Positions 19,033-27,892 of a stretch of DNA of 64,000 nucleotides are shown piece after piece (positions within the stretch are counted from its first letter, which is position 1; each line of letters starts with the position of its first letter). Source of the DNA: Candidatus Omnitrophota bacterium (GTDB lineage Bacteria > Omnitrophota > Gorgyraeia > Tantalellales > Tantalellaceae). The notes beneath the pieces were generated by a model. It was not told where the DNA came from. It worked only from the letters and a program-made list of their open reading frames with translations, and did no database searches. The stretch is from positions 133,547-197,546 of the forward strand of contig JADGBR010000002.1 of assembly GCA_015231405.1 (NCBI GenBank), given 5' to 3'. The position numbers and the translations under genes are program-made.

Positions 19033-19938
19033 TTACCCCTCCTTACTGTCTACGGTTTCTATAAGTTCATCCACATTATCACAGGGTATCAACGCCTTCA
19101 TATACCTGGCTATCCCCCTCGCAAGTCTTTCCTGTTCATTCTCCGTGGGACCATACCCGGAGAAACGGACTTTCAGAGCCATCTCCCCGCATTCGTTGTA
19201 CAGGCTCCGAAGGTCACCTGGCAGTTCGGACTCAAGCCCCAACGGGTATTTTTTCTTAACATAACCCTCCATGGCTTTTTGGAGAGAGTAATAATACTCT
19301 CCAGTTTCTCCCGCAATCCTATGCCTGTCGATATCCCTCAAATGCGCTATGACCTTTTTTTCAGCCTCAAAATTGTCTTTGTTTGGCCCTCTGTTCCTTT
19401 TCTTGGTACTGGCTGCTCCGAGGTTACGGATCAATATGGCCGAAACACCTAAGATCAAAAGCGCGGCTAAAATTATGAGAAACCCCTCTAGCGCGATCTT
19501 CCCGGACCTGGCGGCCCGCGAAATTATCCTTACGGGTATAGGGGGGGTTTTGACCATCCTTATATTCTCCTTATCGGAGCCCGAAACATATTCTAATACA
19601 GCGGGAGTAGCTTCCCCCGAACCTTTCTCTTTACCGATATATAGGTATTCCAGGAAGGTCCTCGAGAAAACGCCGTCTTTCGTAAGCCTTGAAGACGAGC
19701 TTTGCTTGGAATCTATCTGTTCCAAGAGCGGACTTCCCGGCGGTGTTATCCTGGTTACCGAGATCGAAGGGCCTCCTTCGTCCTTCCATTCCATTTCAAC
19801 AGTGACCTTAATTTTCTCGCCGACTCCTATTTCCTTTTTATCGGAAAAAGCGTTGATCTTAGGCTCTACAGCCAACGCTGTCCCCCCGGCATACCCCGCT
19901 AAGAGAATTATCGATAACCACAGTATTTTTCCAAACAT
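19033..19938 (-). CDS. Second BatD-like membrane-anchored hypothetical protein
   Basis: Signal peptide, DKKEIGVGE Ig-like start, TM, helical cytoplasmic tail; abuts moxR. Confidence 0.65.
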   Translation of the reverse strand: MFGKILWLSIILLAGYAGGTALAVEPKINAFSDKKEIGVGEKIKVTVEMEWKDEGGPSISVTRITPPGSPLLEQIDSKQSSSSRLTKDGVFSRTFLEYLYIGKEKGSGEATPAVLEYVSGSDKENIRMVKTPPIPVRIISRAARSGKIALEGFLIILAALLILGVSAILIRNLGAASTKKRNRGPNKDNFEAEKKVIAHLRDIDRHRIAGETGEYYYSLQKAMEGYVKKKYPLGLESELPGDLRSLYNECGEMALKVRFSGYGPTENEQERLARGIARYMKALIPCDNVDELIETVDSKEG

Positions 19939-19974
19939 TTTCTTCCCTTCCCGATCAAATATCCATAATCCACG

Positions 19975-20004
19975 CCTGCCCGCCGTAGCCTTGGCGAAGG
20001 CGGG
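19975..20004. repeat. CCGCCGTAGCCTTGGCGAAGGCGG hairpin repeat
   Basis: Further copies at 58152, 62745 and 62787. Confidence 0.85.
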
Positions 20005-20057
20005 AACCGCTAAATTAAATTTACCACGATACCACTTAAGGGAACATTAAGCCAAAA

Positions 20058-21524
20058 TTAAGATTTCTTAATATTCGATATATGGCTAGGGGTTGGTAGG
20101 GTCACCGTGAAAACGCTCCCTTTTCTGGGAACGCTTTCGACCGTGATGGACCCTTTATGGGCTTTCGCTATCATCCGGGCGATACTAAGGCCAAGCCCGG
20201 CGCCACCGTCTTCGCGGGTCCTTGCCTTATCGACACGGTAAAAACGCTCGAATATCTTTTCCTGCTCTTCTTCCGGAATGCCTATGCCGGTGTCGGAGAC
20301 CCTCACCGCGCAGTTACTCTGCGCTAAGGTCATCTCCAGAGTTATCGTCCCATTCTCCGGTGTATATCTGACTGCGTTCTCTATAAGATTCGAAAAAAGC
20401 TCTTCCAGCCTTCCAGGGTCTCCCATCACATAGAAGTCGACTTCCGGGCAGCATAACGAAAGTACGATATTCTTTTTTTCAGCGAGCACACGGTAAAAAT
20501 CGATCATCTTCGCCAGAAGCCCTTTTAGTTCAATTTTCTTCATTTCATACCTGTCAAGCCCGCTGTCCCCCCGGGAAAGGACCAGGAGCCTTGTGATCAT
20601 CCTGGTCAGCCGGTCCATCCCGATGACGGTATTCGCAAGTACCTCCCTGTATTCCTCAATATCGCCGCCCCTTTCGAGCGCGACCTCGGCTTCTCCCTTA
20701 ATGGCGGTTATTGGAAGTCTGATCTCGTGAGAAGCATTCGCGGTGAAATGTATCATCTTCTGGTTAGATTCCCGCAGTTTGTCGAGAACATTATTAAAAG
20801 AGGCGGCAAGCTTGTCCAATTCGTCGCCTGTCCCCAGGATAGGAAGTCTCCCGCCTGATCCCGACCGCGATAGCTCGTTCGAAGCCGTTATCATTCTCGT
20901 GATCGGCGATAGGAACCGGCTCGTCATGATGATACCGCTGATAAAAGCCAGGAGAATTATAAGCGGGATCATTAATAATCCTGTACTAAAAAATACCCTG
21001 ACCGTTTCCTGATGCCCGAAAGGCGTGACACCGAACTCAAGGTAGAATATTTCCCCCATAACGTTCCTAAAAGAACGGGTAGCCATGTACACCGTATTGC
21101 CGTCGGCGTCACGGTATGCGCTTGCGCCCGCTGTTACGGACTTATCGTCGGGAGGGCGGTTCATCGCCTCCTCCAGGGAAGCCTTATCCTCGGAAAAGTT
21201 TCTAGACCGACCCACTATATGCCCTTTAGCGTCAAAAAGAGCGTAGCCTATCTTATGTGAACCTTTTATCCCGCCCGTATATTTTGAAAGTAAATCGGAC
21301 ATCGCGGGCCCGCCCTTCGGCTCGTTCCCGATCATGTCTATGGCGGACTTTAGCTCGGAGGACAAATACTGTTTAGTGGCTTCGAGAAGACGGGCGTTCA
21401 TCTGGAAAGAGAAATATACCGTCACGGCGATGATGCTCACGAAAAGAATAAGGATATAGCCGAAAGCGAGTCTCGCGCGGATACTTTGAAAAAAAACCCG
21501 TTTATTTCCTTTCTTCCAGGACAT
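20058..21524 (-). CDS. HAMP sensor histidine kinase (CusS/CzcS-like)
   Basis: GDELDKLA HAMP, ASHEIRLP, NLIENA, FERFYRVDKAR, GAGLGL. Confidence 0.92.
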   Translation of the reverse strand: MSWKKGNKRVFFQSIRARLAFGYILILFVSIIAVTVYFSFQMNARLLEATKQYLSSELKSAIDMIGNEPKGGPAMSDLLSKYTGGIKGSHKIGYALFDAKGHIVGRSRNFSEDKASLEEAMNRPPDDKSVTAGASAYRDADGNTVYMATRSFRNVMGEIFYLEFGVTPFGHQETVRVFFSTGLLMIPLIILLAFISGIIMTSRFLSPITRMITASNELSRSGSGGRLPILGTGDELDKLAASFNNVLDKLRESNQKMIHFTANASHEIRLPITAIKGEAEVALERGGDIEEYREVLANTVIGMDRLTRMITRLLVLSRGDSGLDRYEMKKIELKGLLAKMIDFYRVLAEKKNIVLSLCCPEVDFYVMGDPGRLEELFSNLIENAVRYTPENGTITLEMTLAQSNCAVRVSDTGIGIPEEEQEKIFERFYRVDKARTREDGGAGLGLSIARMIAKAHKGSITVESVPRKGSVFTVTLPTPSHISNIKKS

Positions 21525-22176
21525 AGCCTACACCCCGAAGCGTATGGATCAAAGGTTTTTCGCCGGACGGATCTATTTTTTTTCTGAGATTGGTCATATG
21601 GACGTCTATGACGTTGGTCATCGGGTCGAAATTGTATCCCCAGACGTTCTCCGAGATCATTGTGCGGGTCACTACTTCGCCTTTGTGCTCGAAGAGGTAT
21701 TGCAATAAGGTGAATTCTATGGGAGTGAGACCGATGACCGATCTCCCCCTTCTTACAGCGCGTTTTGCGATATCCAGCTCCAGGTCAGAGACCTCGTAGC
21801 GGGTCACATTTTCTTCCTTGCCCCTCCTCGTAAGCGCCCTGACCCGCGCTAAGAGCTCGGAAAAAGAGAAGGGCTTCACCAGGTAATCGTCACCGCCCAG
21901 CTCAAGGCCCCTCACCTTATCCTCGACTGTGTCTTTCGCCGTTAAAAATATGACCGGGGTCTTCACGCCTTTATTCCGGAGCTGCCTGACCACCTCATAT
22001 CCGTCAAGTTTCGGGAGCATTATATCCAGCACAATGCAATCATAGTCCTCGCCCGTCGCCAGAAAAAAACCATCTCTCCCGTCCGCGGCCGTGTCCACAG
22101 CGAACCCGTGTTCTTTAAACCCTTTCTTTATGAAACTGAGGACCTGCTTTTCGTCCTCCACTACAAGGACCTTCAA
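21502..22176 (-). CDS. OmpR-family response regulator (CusR/CzcR-like)
   Basis: VVEDE, LDIMLP, DDYLVKPF, winged helix HTLRGVGY. Confidence 0.95.
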   Translation of the reverse strand: MKVLVVEDEKQVLSFIKKGFKEHGFAVDTAADGRDGFFLATGEDYDCIVLDIMLPKLDGYEVVRQLRNKGVKTPVIFLTAKDTVEDKVRGLELGGDDYLVKPFSFSELLARVRALTRRGKEENVTRYEVSDLELDIAKRAVRRGRSVIGLTPIEFTLLQYLFEHKGEVVTRTMISENVWGYNFDPMTNVIDVHMTNLRKKIDPSGEKPLIHTLRGVGYVLEERK

Positions 22177-22204
22177 GTCAAGGCTCCTTAATGTTCGGGG
22201 ACGT

Positions 22205-22594
22205 TCACTCCCCGCTCCCGATCAGCGGCAGAACGGATTCGACCTTAAAATAGACCAGGTAACGTTTCTTCATCTTAGCGGTATCGCACGAAACTCCGTG
22301 GCACTTGTGTTTTGCCATAGCGTCGATGATCTCCGCGTCATCCGTCTCTTTGTCCTTCCGGAGATACAGCCTTTTGCCTTCGTACCCGGAGCCTTCCTCC
22401 TTGAAAAGAAAGACCGCTCTGGGATTAGCTCCGATATTCGCGTGGGAAAGCTTGTCTCCCATTATGAACGCTACGCGCCCGTCATCCAACACATGCGGTC
22501 TTGAATACACCGCCGCGTTGACTTTCCCCTTAGCGTCGGCCGTACTCAAAACTCCCAGCCCTTTATTTTTCTCAAAATAATCTTTTAAGGCCAT
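22205..22594 (-). CDS. Pyridoxamine 5'-phosphate oxidase-like split-barrel protein
   Basis: GVLSTADAKGKVNAAVYSRP, HANIGANPRA. Confidence 0.8.
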   Translation of the reverse strand: MALKDYFEKNKGLGVLSTADAKGKVNAAVYSRPHVLDDGRVAFIMGDKLSHANIGANPRAVFLFKEEGSGYEGKRLYLRKDKETDDAEIIDAMAKHKCHGVSCDTAKMKKRYLVYFKVESVLPLIGSGE

Positions 22595-22662
22595 CTTGTC
22601 TCCTTTATCGCGGTATTTCCGTCTTCTCCTGAAAAAACATCAAAAAGTTATGATGTGTTATT

Positions 22663-23229
22663 TTACCATGAGGATATTGCGCTGTATATCCCCGAAAGAC
22701 CGAACATGATAAAAACGGAAGCGGACGCGTATTTTATAGCCCGTTCGGGGATATGTTTTTTCATGATTATCCCGGCTATGATCCCGATCGCGTCGGCGGC
22801 CACCATTCCTATCGTAGTGCCTATGAGAACTTGCAGCATATTATCGTACTTTACGGCAAGACTTACGGTAGCGAGCTGTGTCTTATCGCCCATTTCGGCG
22901 ATAAAGAAGGCGATAGCGACAGTCGCTACCGGCCCGAATTTAGACGGTCTTTTATCCTCCCCTTCCAGATGGTCGCCGTGCAAAGTCCATATCCCGAAAC
23001 CTATGAAAGAAAGCGCGGCCGCGACAGAGATGATCTCGAAAGGTATGACCTTGGACAGAAAATGTCCCGTAAGCACCGCGATGGCGTGATTAGCGACGGT
23101 CGCGAGAAAAACGGCCAAAAGGACTTTATCCGCCCTGTACCTTGCCGCGAAGGCCATAGCGAGCAGTTGGGTCTTATCGCCCATCTCGGCGAGCAGAACG
23201 AACCCTAACGACGCAAGAAAAGCTAACAT
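22663..23229 (-). CDS. TMEM165/GDT1 (UPF0016) Mn/Ca transporter
   Basis: Two AEMGDKTQL motifs. Confidence 0.95.
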   Translation of the reverse strand: MLAFLASLGFVLLAEMGDKTQLLAMAFAARYRADKVLLAVFLATVANHAIAVLTGHFLSKVIPFEIISVAAALSFIGFGIWTLHGDHLEGEDKRPSKFGPVATVAIAFFIAEMGDKTQLATVSLAVKYDNMLQVLIGTTIGMVAADAIGIIAGIIMKKHIPERAIKYASASVFIMFGLSGIYSAISSW

Positions 23230-23255
23230 ATGGGTTGAAGTTAATGCCTTGTTTT

Positions 23256-23285
23256 GACCATGGACCATGGACTATGGACCATGGA
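23256..23285. repeat. 7-bp tandem repeat (GACCATG)x4
   Basis: gaccatg gaccatg gactatg gaccatg; same family at 49351. Confidence 0.85.
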
Positions 23286-23295
23286 ACTTTGGATG

Positions 23296-23811
23296 TCATG
23301 CTTGCCTTAGAGCATGTTTTTTCATTTTTGCTTCATGTTTGATCTTTCTTATCTCGACAGCGGCGAAATACACGACGCCGGACATGAAAACGGCTATAAA
23401 AAAGGATATGATCAGGTTGCCTACCACTACCGGAATTATCACATCAGAAAACGACGCCTGGAAGAATTTCGACCATTTAAAATCAGCCGTGAGGGCGTTC
23501 CACGCTTTAAAAACATTTTCCTGGTCCACACCCATTACCCATGATCCGACCTTGATCGACGCCAGGAGCGTGACGACACTGACCCAGGTATTGAATAAAA
23601 GGCTTCCCAAAAGAGCGCTCACGCGGTTCACCCTGAAAATGTAAGCCAAAAACACCGCTATGATAGGCCCTACCCCGGCCGTGGCTCCTATAAAAACGCC
23701 TATACCGAACCCTCCGGCTATTTTAGCGGGGCTGTCATTTATCCTGAAAAGCCTCAGATAGATCAGTCTTGCGGCCCGTTTTATCCTGATCCATAGCGGT
23801 CTTTTTTGCAT
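23296..23811 (-). CDS. DUF2062 membrane protein
   Basis: DSPAKIAGGFGIGVFIG, FRVNR. Confidence 0.85.
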   Translation of the reverse strand: MQKRPLWIRIKRAARLIYLRLFRINDSPAKIAGGFGIGVFIGATAGVGPIIAVFLAYIFRVNRVSALLGSLLFNTWVSVVTLLASIKVGSWVMGVDQENVFKAWNALTADFKWSKFFQASFSDVIIPVVVGNLIISFFIAVFMSGVVYFAAVEIRKIKHEAKMKKHALRQA

Positions 23812-23822
23812 GATTAAAAAAA

Positions 23823-23871
23823 GCGGTCAGACTGTGTCCCGCATTTTTGCGATATGACATAGCCTGACCGC
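23823..23871. repeat. Hairpin GCGGTCAGACTGTGTC...GACATAGCCTGACCGC (repeat, possibly also a terminator)
   Basis: About 16-bp stem followed by a T-run on the minus strand; arms resemble 52406-52423 and 52571-52584. Confidence 0.7.
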
Positions 23872-23876
23872 TAGCT

Positions 23877-24686
23877 TCACTCCTGTTTTGCCAATCCCAT
23901 CCCGCCTCTTCCCGCTTCCATTATCGGAAGGTTCGCTTCGGTCGGGACATAGATGATCTGTTTATCGTTGCTCTGCAATCCTTCGATCCAGAGATAACGG
24001 AGATAGTTATCGGAAATACTTCCCGCTATTATCTTATTGCTCTCCGCAACGCCTTTGGCTTTAGCTACGGCTATTTCGGCGTCCTTCTGGGCCTTCTGCA
24101 GCTCGAACTGCTTCTGAAGGGCTTCCTGCTCGGTCTTAAGCTTCTGCTGTATGCTCTCCATAAAAGCCGGCGGCAGTTTTACATCCCGGAGGAGAACATC
24201 CGTAACTATTATGCCCTTCGGATCGAGTTTGCTCTTAAGGAATTCCAGCATCTGCTTGCCTATCTTATTCCTGCCCTCATCGCTGTAAAGGGCTTTAACT
24301 TCGTACCCGCTGGCTACGTTCCTGATGGCTTCCCTGATATAAGGCTCAAGGATCGTTGTCCGGTATGATCCCCCTATGGTCCTTCGCACGGTCGTTACTT
24401 TTTCCTTGGGGATCTGGTAAAGAATAGACAGGTCGAGCTGCGATATTAAACCCTCGGAAGAAGGCACCTGGGCCGTTTCTTTTATTTCCTGAAGTTTGAC
24501 GTTCCAGACTTCCATGGACGTAATACCCGGTATAAAAAAGTGCCATCCGGTGCTCACCGCATCTTCCTGTATCTTTCCGAAATCGATCTTTACCCCGGTC
24601 TGCCCATCCTCGACGCCGACAACCGCACAGCCCGTCATGGCAGAGACGACAAAGGCCAAGAGCACCAATCGTATAATAGTATTCAT
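23877..24686 (-). CDS. SPFH/prohibitin-family (lipo)protein
   Basis: Lipobox-like MTGC, LLRDVKLP, coiled-coil tail; start at 24686. Confidence 0.9.
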   Translation of the reverse strand: MNTIIRLVLLAFVVSAMTGCAVVGVEDGQTGVKIDFGKIQEDAVSTGWHFFIPGITSMEVWNVKLQEIKETAQVPSSEGLISQLDLSILYQIPKEKVTTVRRTIGGSYRTTILEPYIREAIRNVASGYEVKALYSDEGRNKIGKQMLEFLKSKLDPKGIIVTDVLLRDVKLPPAFMESIQQKLKTEQEALQKQFELQKAQKDAEIAVAKAKGVAESNKIIAGSISDNYLRYLWIEGLQSNDKQIIYVPTEANLPIMEAGRGGMGLAKQE

Positions 24687-24781
24687 TTCACTACCTCCCG
24701 TTTTGTTCAACCTATAAAAGGATCTAGACCAACCGCATTTTAACACCCAAAGCGTTATGGCTCAAGACATTTATTCTATTA

Positions 24782-24855
24782 CGGTGTCAGGCCTCCCCAT
24801 TGGACAATAACAAAAGCGGTAATACTACTTTGTCCGATGGGGAGGCCTGACACCG
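24782..24855. repeat. Palindromic element GTCAGGCCTCCCCATTGGACAA...TTGTCCRATGGGGAGGCCTGAC, copy 1
   Basis: About 26-bp arms; second copy at 50710-50782. Confidence 0.9.
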
Positions 24856-24885
24856 AGTTCTCCGAGTTCTTCCCCGGATACCTTT

Positions 24886-25635
24886 CTAGGGGTGCGGGTA
24901 TGGGCATTGTTGCATGCGAAGGGGTTTTTCCAGGCTGCTCTGGTGAAGAAGTTTTTCGTCCTGGAAAAGTTGAGCTGTCGGCCCGTCCGCGGTGATCCGG
25001 CCCTTATGAAGGACGATCGTCCGTTCTGAAAGGTCCATTGCCATATCCAGGTCATGAGTGGCGATGATCTTAGTGTGGCGAAAAGTTCTCAACAGTTCGA
25101 TCAACCGTTTGCGTGACATGGGATCTAAGCTGGATGTGGGTTCGTCCATGACCAGGATATCGGGAGACATCACCAGGACCGTCGCGATGGCCACCGCCCG
25201 TTTCTCCCCCTGGGAAAGCCGATATGGCGGACGCTTTCTCAAATGTGACGCGCCGACCGTTTCAAGCGCCTCATGGACTTTTTTTTCTACTTCTTCATTT
25301 TCTAATCCCATATTCAACGGTCCAAAGGCTACATCATCAAAAACGGTCGGCATAAATAATTGGTCATCAGAATTCTGAAAGACCATCCCTACCGAACGCC
25401 GGACGACATCCATATTCTTCAAAGTCACCTTATGGTCTCCGACCCTAATCTCACCCTTTGTAGCCGCCAGATAACCGTTGATATGATGCAATAGCGTTGA
25501 TTTCCCTGCGCCGTTCTCGCCCACTAGAGCCACCGACTCACCGTGAGTTATACGGAATGATACCCCATCCAACCCGACTGTCCCGTCAGGATAAACATAA
25601 TGCAGATCTCTGGTTTCGACAATATGATGGCTCAT
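24886..25635 (-). CDS. cbiO: ECF Co/Ni transporter ATPase
   Basis: GENGAGKST, FQNSDDQLF, LSQGEK, MDEP. Confidence 0.92.
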   Translation of the reverse strand: MSHHIVETRDLHYVYPDGTVGLDGVSFRITHGESVALVGENGAGKSTLLHHINGYLAATKGEIRVGDHKVTLKNMDVVRRSVGMVFQNSDDQLFMPTVFDDVAFGPLNMGLENEEVEKKVHEALETVGASHLRKRPPYRLSQGEKRAVAIATVLVMSPDILVMDEPTSSLDPMSRKRLIELLRTFRHTKIIATHDLDMAMDLSERTIVLHKGRITADGPTAQLFQDEKLLHQSSLEKPLRMQQCPYPHP

Positions 25636-26436
25636 CTAGAAGACCTCCATTATAAATTCCCCCAACTCTACCGGTATATTGTAAACGCGGAAGAATATGA
25701 ACAAGATCGACCATACAACAACAAAACTATGATCTATGATGCCGCTTTTTATCGCGGTACTGACGCGAATATGCCCATCAAAACCCCTCGAGCACATAGC
25801 TCGATATATACGTTCTGACCGGTCAAGAGTGCGTAACAAGAGATGCCCTATCAAAGATACAAATGCCCTGAACCCCATAGCACCCCGATGAAATGTCCTC
25901 GTCTTCCTCGCCCGCTCCATCCGATTCGACTCTTCGGCGAGAACAAAAAGGTACCGATAAAAGAACAATAGCTGAACAACGAACGGCCTGGGGACCCTGA
26001 GCTTTGTCAACGCTTCACAAACAGCATTAAATCCTGAGAGCGCCACTAAAAGCAGCGCCGCTGTTACTGTCAGGATAAACCTCAAAATGATGGATACAAA
26101 AGAGATCCAACCGCCTGAGACGCATATTTCGCCTATGTGGACCATGGTCTCCCTGTCAATTACGGGGTTAAATATACCCAAGAGAATTGCGAACGGGGAA
26201 ACCAGTAATACTTTTTTGAGAATAAACTTCGCGGGTAAACCACCGGCTGAGATCAAATACACGGGATAAATAAAGAACGGGATGAACGCCAATACCGTGT
26301 ACTTCCCGAAAGAAACCACCGTCACGATGAAAAATAACGTGGTGATCAATTTCGCCCGCGGATCTAATCGGTGCAGCGGGCTGTTCCCTCCGGCCAACGA
26401 ATCCATATAACCAATATCATAATTACCTCTATCCAT
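25636..26436 (-). CDS. cbiQ: ECF Co/Ni transporter T component
   Basis: SPLHRLDPRAK, YRYLFVL, AMCSRGFDG. Confidence 0.92.
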   Translation of the reverse strand: MDRGNYDIGYMDSLAGGNSPLHRLDPRAKLITTLFFIVTVVSFGKYTVLAFIPFFIYPVYLISAGGLPAKFILKKVLLVSPFAILLGIFNPVIDRETMVHIGEICVSGGWISFVSIILRFILTVTAALLLVALSGFNAVCEALTKLRVPRPFVVQLLFFYRYLFVLAEESNRMERARKTRTFHRGAMGFRAFVSLIGHLLLRTLDRSERIYRAMCSRGFDGHIRVSTAIKSGIIDHSFVVVWSILFIFFRVYNIPVELGEFIMEVF

Positions 26437-26437
26437 A

Positions 26438-27475
26438 TTATTTCACAGTCTTAGCACGGCGTCTAAGTCCAAGTCCGGCGAGGACGATCAATAATAAAGT
26501 TAATCCCCCGCCGACTAATCCGGCCGTAGAAGTCCCCTGATGGGCCGCCGGCCATGACGGGCGAGCTGCAGTTTCGATCCCGATCTCACGCTCCTCCTTT
26601 TTGAACCCATAGCCGGGCAGGAAAGCCGTTTTTTCCTGGATAGCGGCTAAAGAGGCGTGAACGCCGCCATTATTTTCCAATACTTCTTTACCTGACGTTT
26701 TGAACATCGCCCATTCCAATCCATCCGGACGCGAAGACGCGAACCAGCTCAACGCCCCCCCGGTGATCGCCGCGGCTATCAGCAGTCCGACAAAGACCTT
26801 CCTCATATTAATTCGCCCTACAGGCTCATAACGGCTGACAGCGTTAAGGAGCTCGGGCCTCGCGTTCCAAACGAACATGACCACAGCCGCGGTCACCACC
26901 CCCTCTACGACGCCGATGGCCAAATGTATCGGCTGCATTAAAAGAACGAATGTATCGAACGGCAATTCTGATATTTTTGAGGACACCGTCTCTAAAACTA
27001 CCCCAAACGCGCCCAGCTCGAGCGCGACGGTCGCCCCGATGATGGAGCCCGTTATGATCCTTCCTTTAGACAGTTTATTCCCGGCGATCTTCCGGTAAAT
27101 AAATGGATAAGCGAGAAAACACGGAAATATACCGAGGTTAAAAATATTGCACCCCAGAGCCAGAAGGCCTCCGTCACCGAAAAAGAGCGCCTGGACCGTT
27201 AACACCGAAGCCATTACGAGAAATGCGGCAAAAGGCCCGAGCAATATGGTTAGTATCATGCCTCCGCCTAAATGTCCGCTTGATCCGGTGGCCGGGATAC
27301 TGAAATTGATCATTTGCGCCGCAAAAATAAAAGCGCCTAATACGCCCATAAGGGGGACCTTCCGGTCATCAGCCTCTTCTTTTACCTTTTTAGAACAGTA
27401 TGCTATCGATCCCGCCGAGATAACCCACATACTTAGACCCACGACCGGGGAAATTAAAGCATCAGCCATATGCAT
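26438..27475 (-). CDS. cbiM: ECF Co/Ni S component CbiM/NikM fused to a PDGLE domain
   Basis: N-terminal MHMAD, SSGHLGG, ASSRPDGLEW. Confidence 0.92.
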   Translation of the reverse strand: MHMADALISPVVGLSMWVISAGSIAYCSKKVKEEADDRKVPLMGVLGAFIFAAQMINFSIPATGSSGHLGGGMILTILLGPFAAFLVMASVLTVQALFFGDGGLLALGCNIFNLGIFPCFLAYPFIYRKIAGNKLSKGRIITGSIIGATVALELGAFGVVLETVSSKISELPFDTFVLLMQPIHLAIGVVEGVVTAAVVMFVWNARPELLNAVSRYEPVGRINMRKVFVGLLIAAAITGGALSWFASSRPDGLEWAMFKTSGKEVLENNGGVHASLAAIQEKTAFLPGYGFKKEEREIGIETAARPSWPAAHQGTSTAGLVGGGLTLLLIVLAGLGLRRRAKTVK

Positions 27476-27489
27476 GATAATTTATCCTT

Positions 27490-27891
27490 TTATTCTCTGC
27501 CCCAGTTCCCGGATGTCATTACCCTTATCTTTTCCAGAAGTTTAGCCGGGTCTAAAGGTTTTTGCAGGAAATCGCAGTTGCTCATAATTTTGAGGTTCGA
27601 AAGGGCTTCCTGGTCCAGAACGCTCACTACCAGTATCGGCACTCGCATAGTCCTTTTGTCGTTACGGAGATTCACGAAAAGTGTGTCGCCTGATACCGGA
27701 GACATGATTATGTCTATGACGACCAGGTCATAGCTCTTCTCTTTAGTTTTATGAAGAGCTTCCGTCGCTCCGCTTTCGATATCGATCTCGTAATCCGGCC
27801 TTTTGGCGAATATCATTTTATACATTTCCCTCATTTCCTCATCATCTTCGGCAATCAGTATTTTTTTTGGTCCGGCGCCGTATTCCGTCAT
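27490..27891 (-). CDS. Single-domain response regulator
   Basis: IAEDD, IDIIMS, QKP. Confidence 0.88.
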   Translation of the reverse strand: MTEYGAGPKKILIAEDDEEMREMYKMIFAKRPDYEIDIESGATEALHKTKEKSYDLVVIDIIMSPVSGDTLFVNLRNDKRTMRVPILVVSVLDQEALSNLKIMSNCDFLQKPLDPAKLLEKIRVMTSGNWGRE

Positions 27892-27892
27892 G

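Noticed and set aside
23230-23295. yybP-ykoY (Mn) riboswitch upstream of the GDT1 gene
   Set aside because: The spacer is short and occupied by a heptamer repeat; no aptamer motif seen.
27476-27489. Cobalamin or NiCo riboswitch upstream of cbiM
   Set aside because: The gap is only 14 bp, and the structured element at 29657 lacks B12-box motifs.
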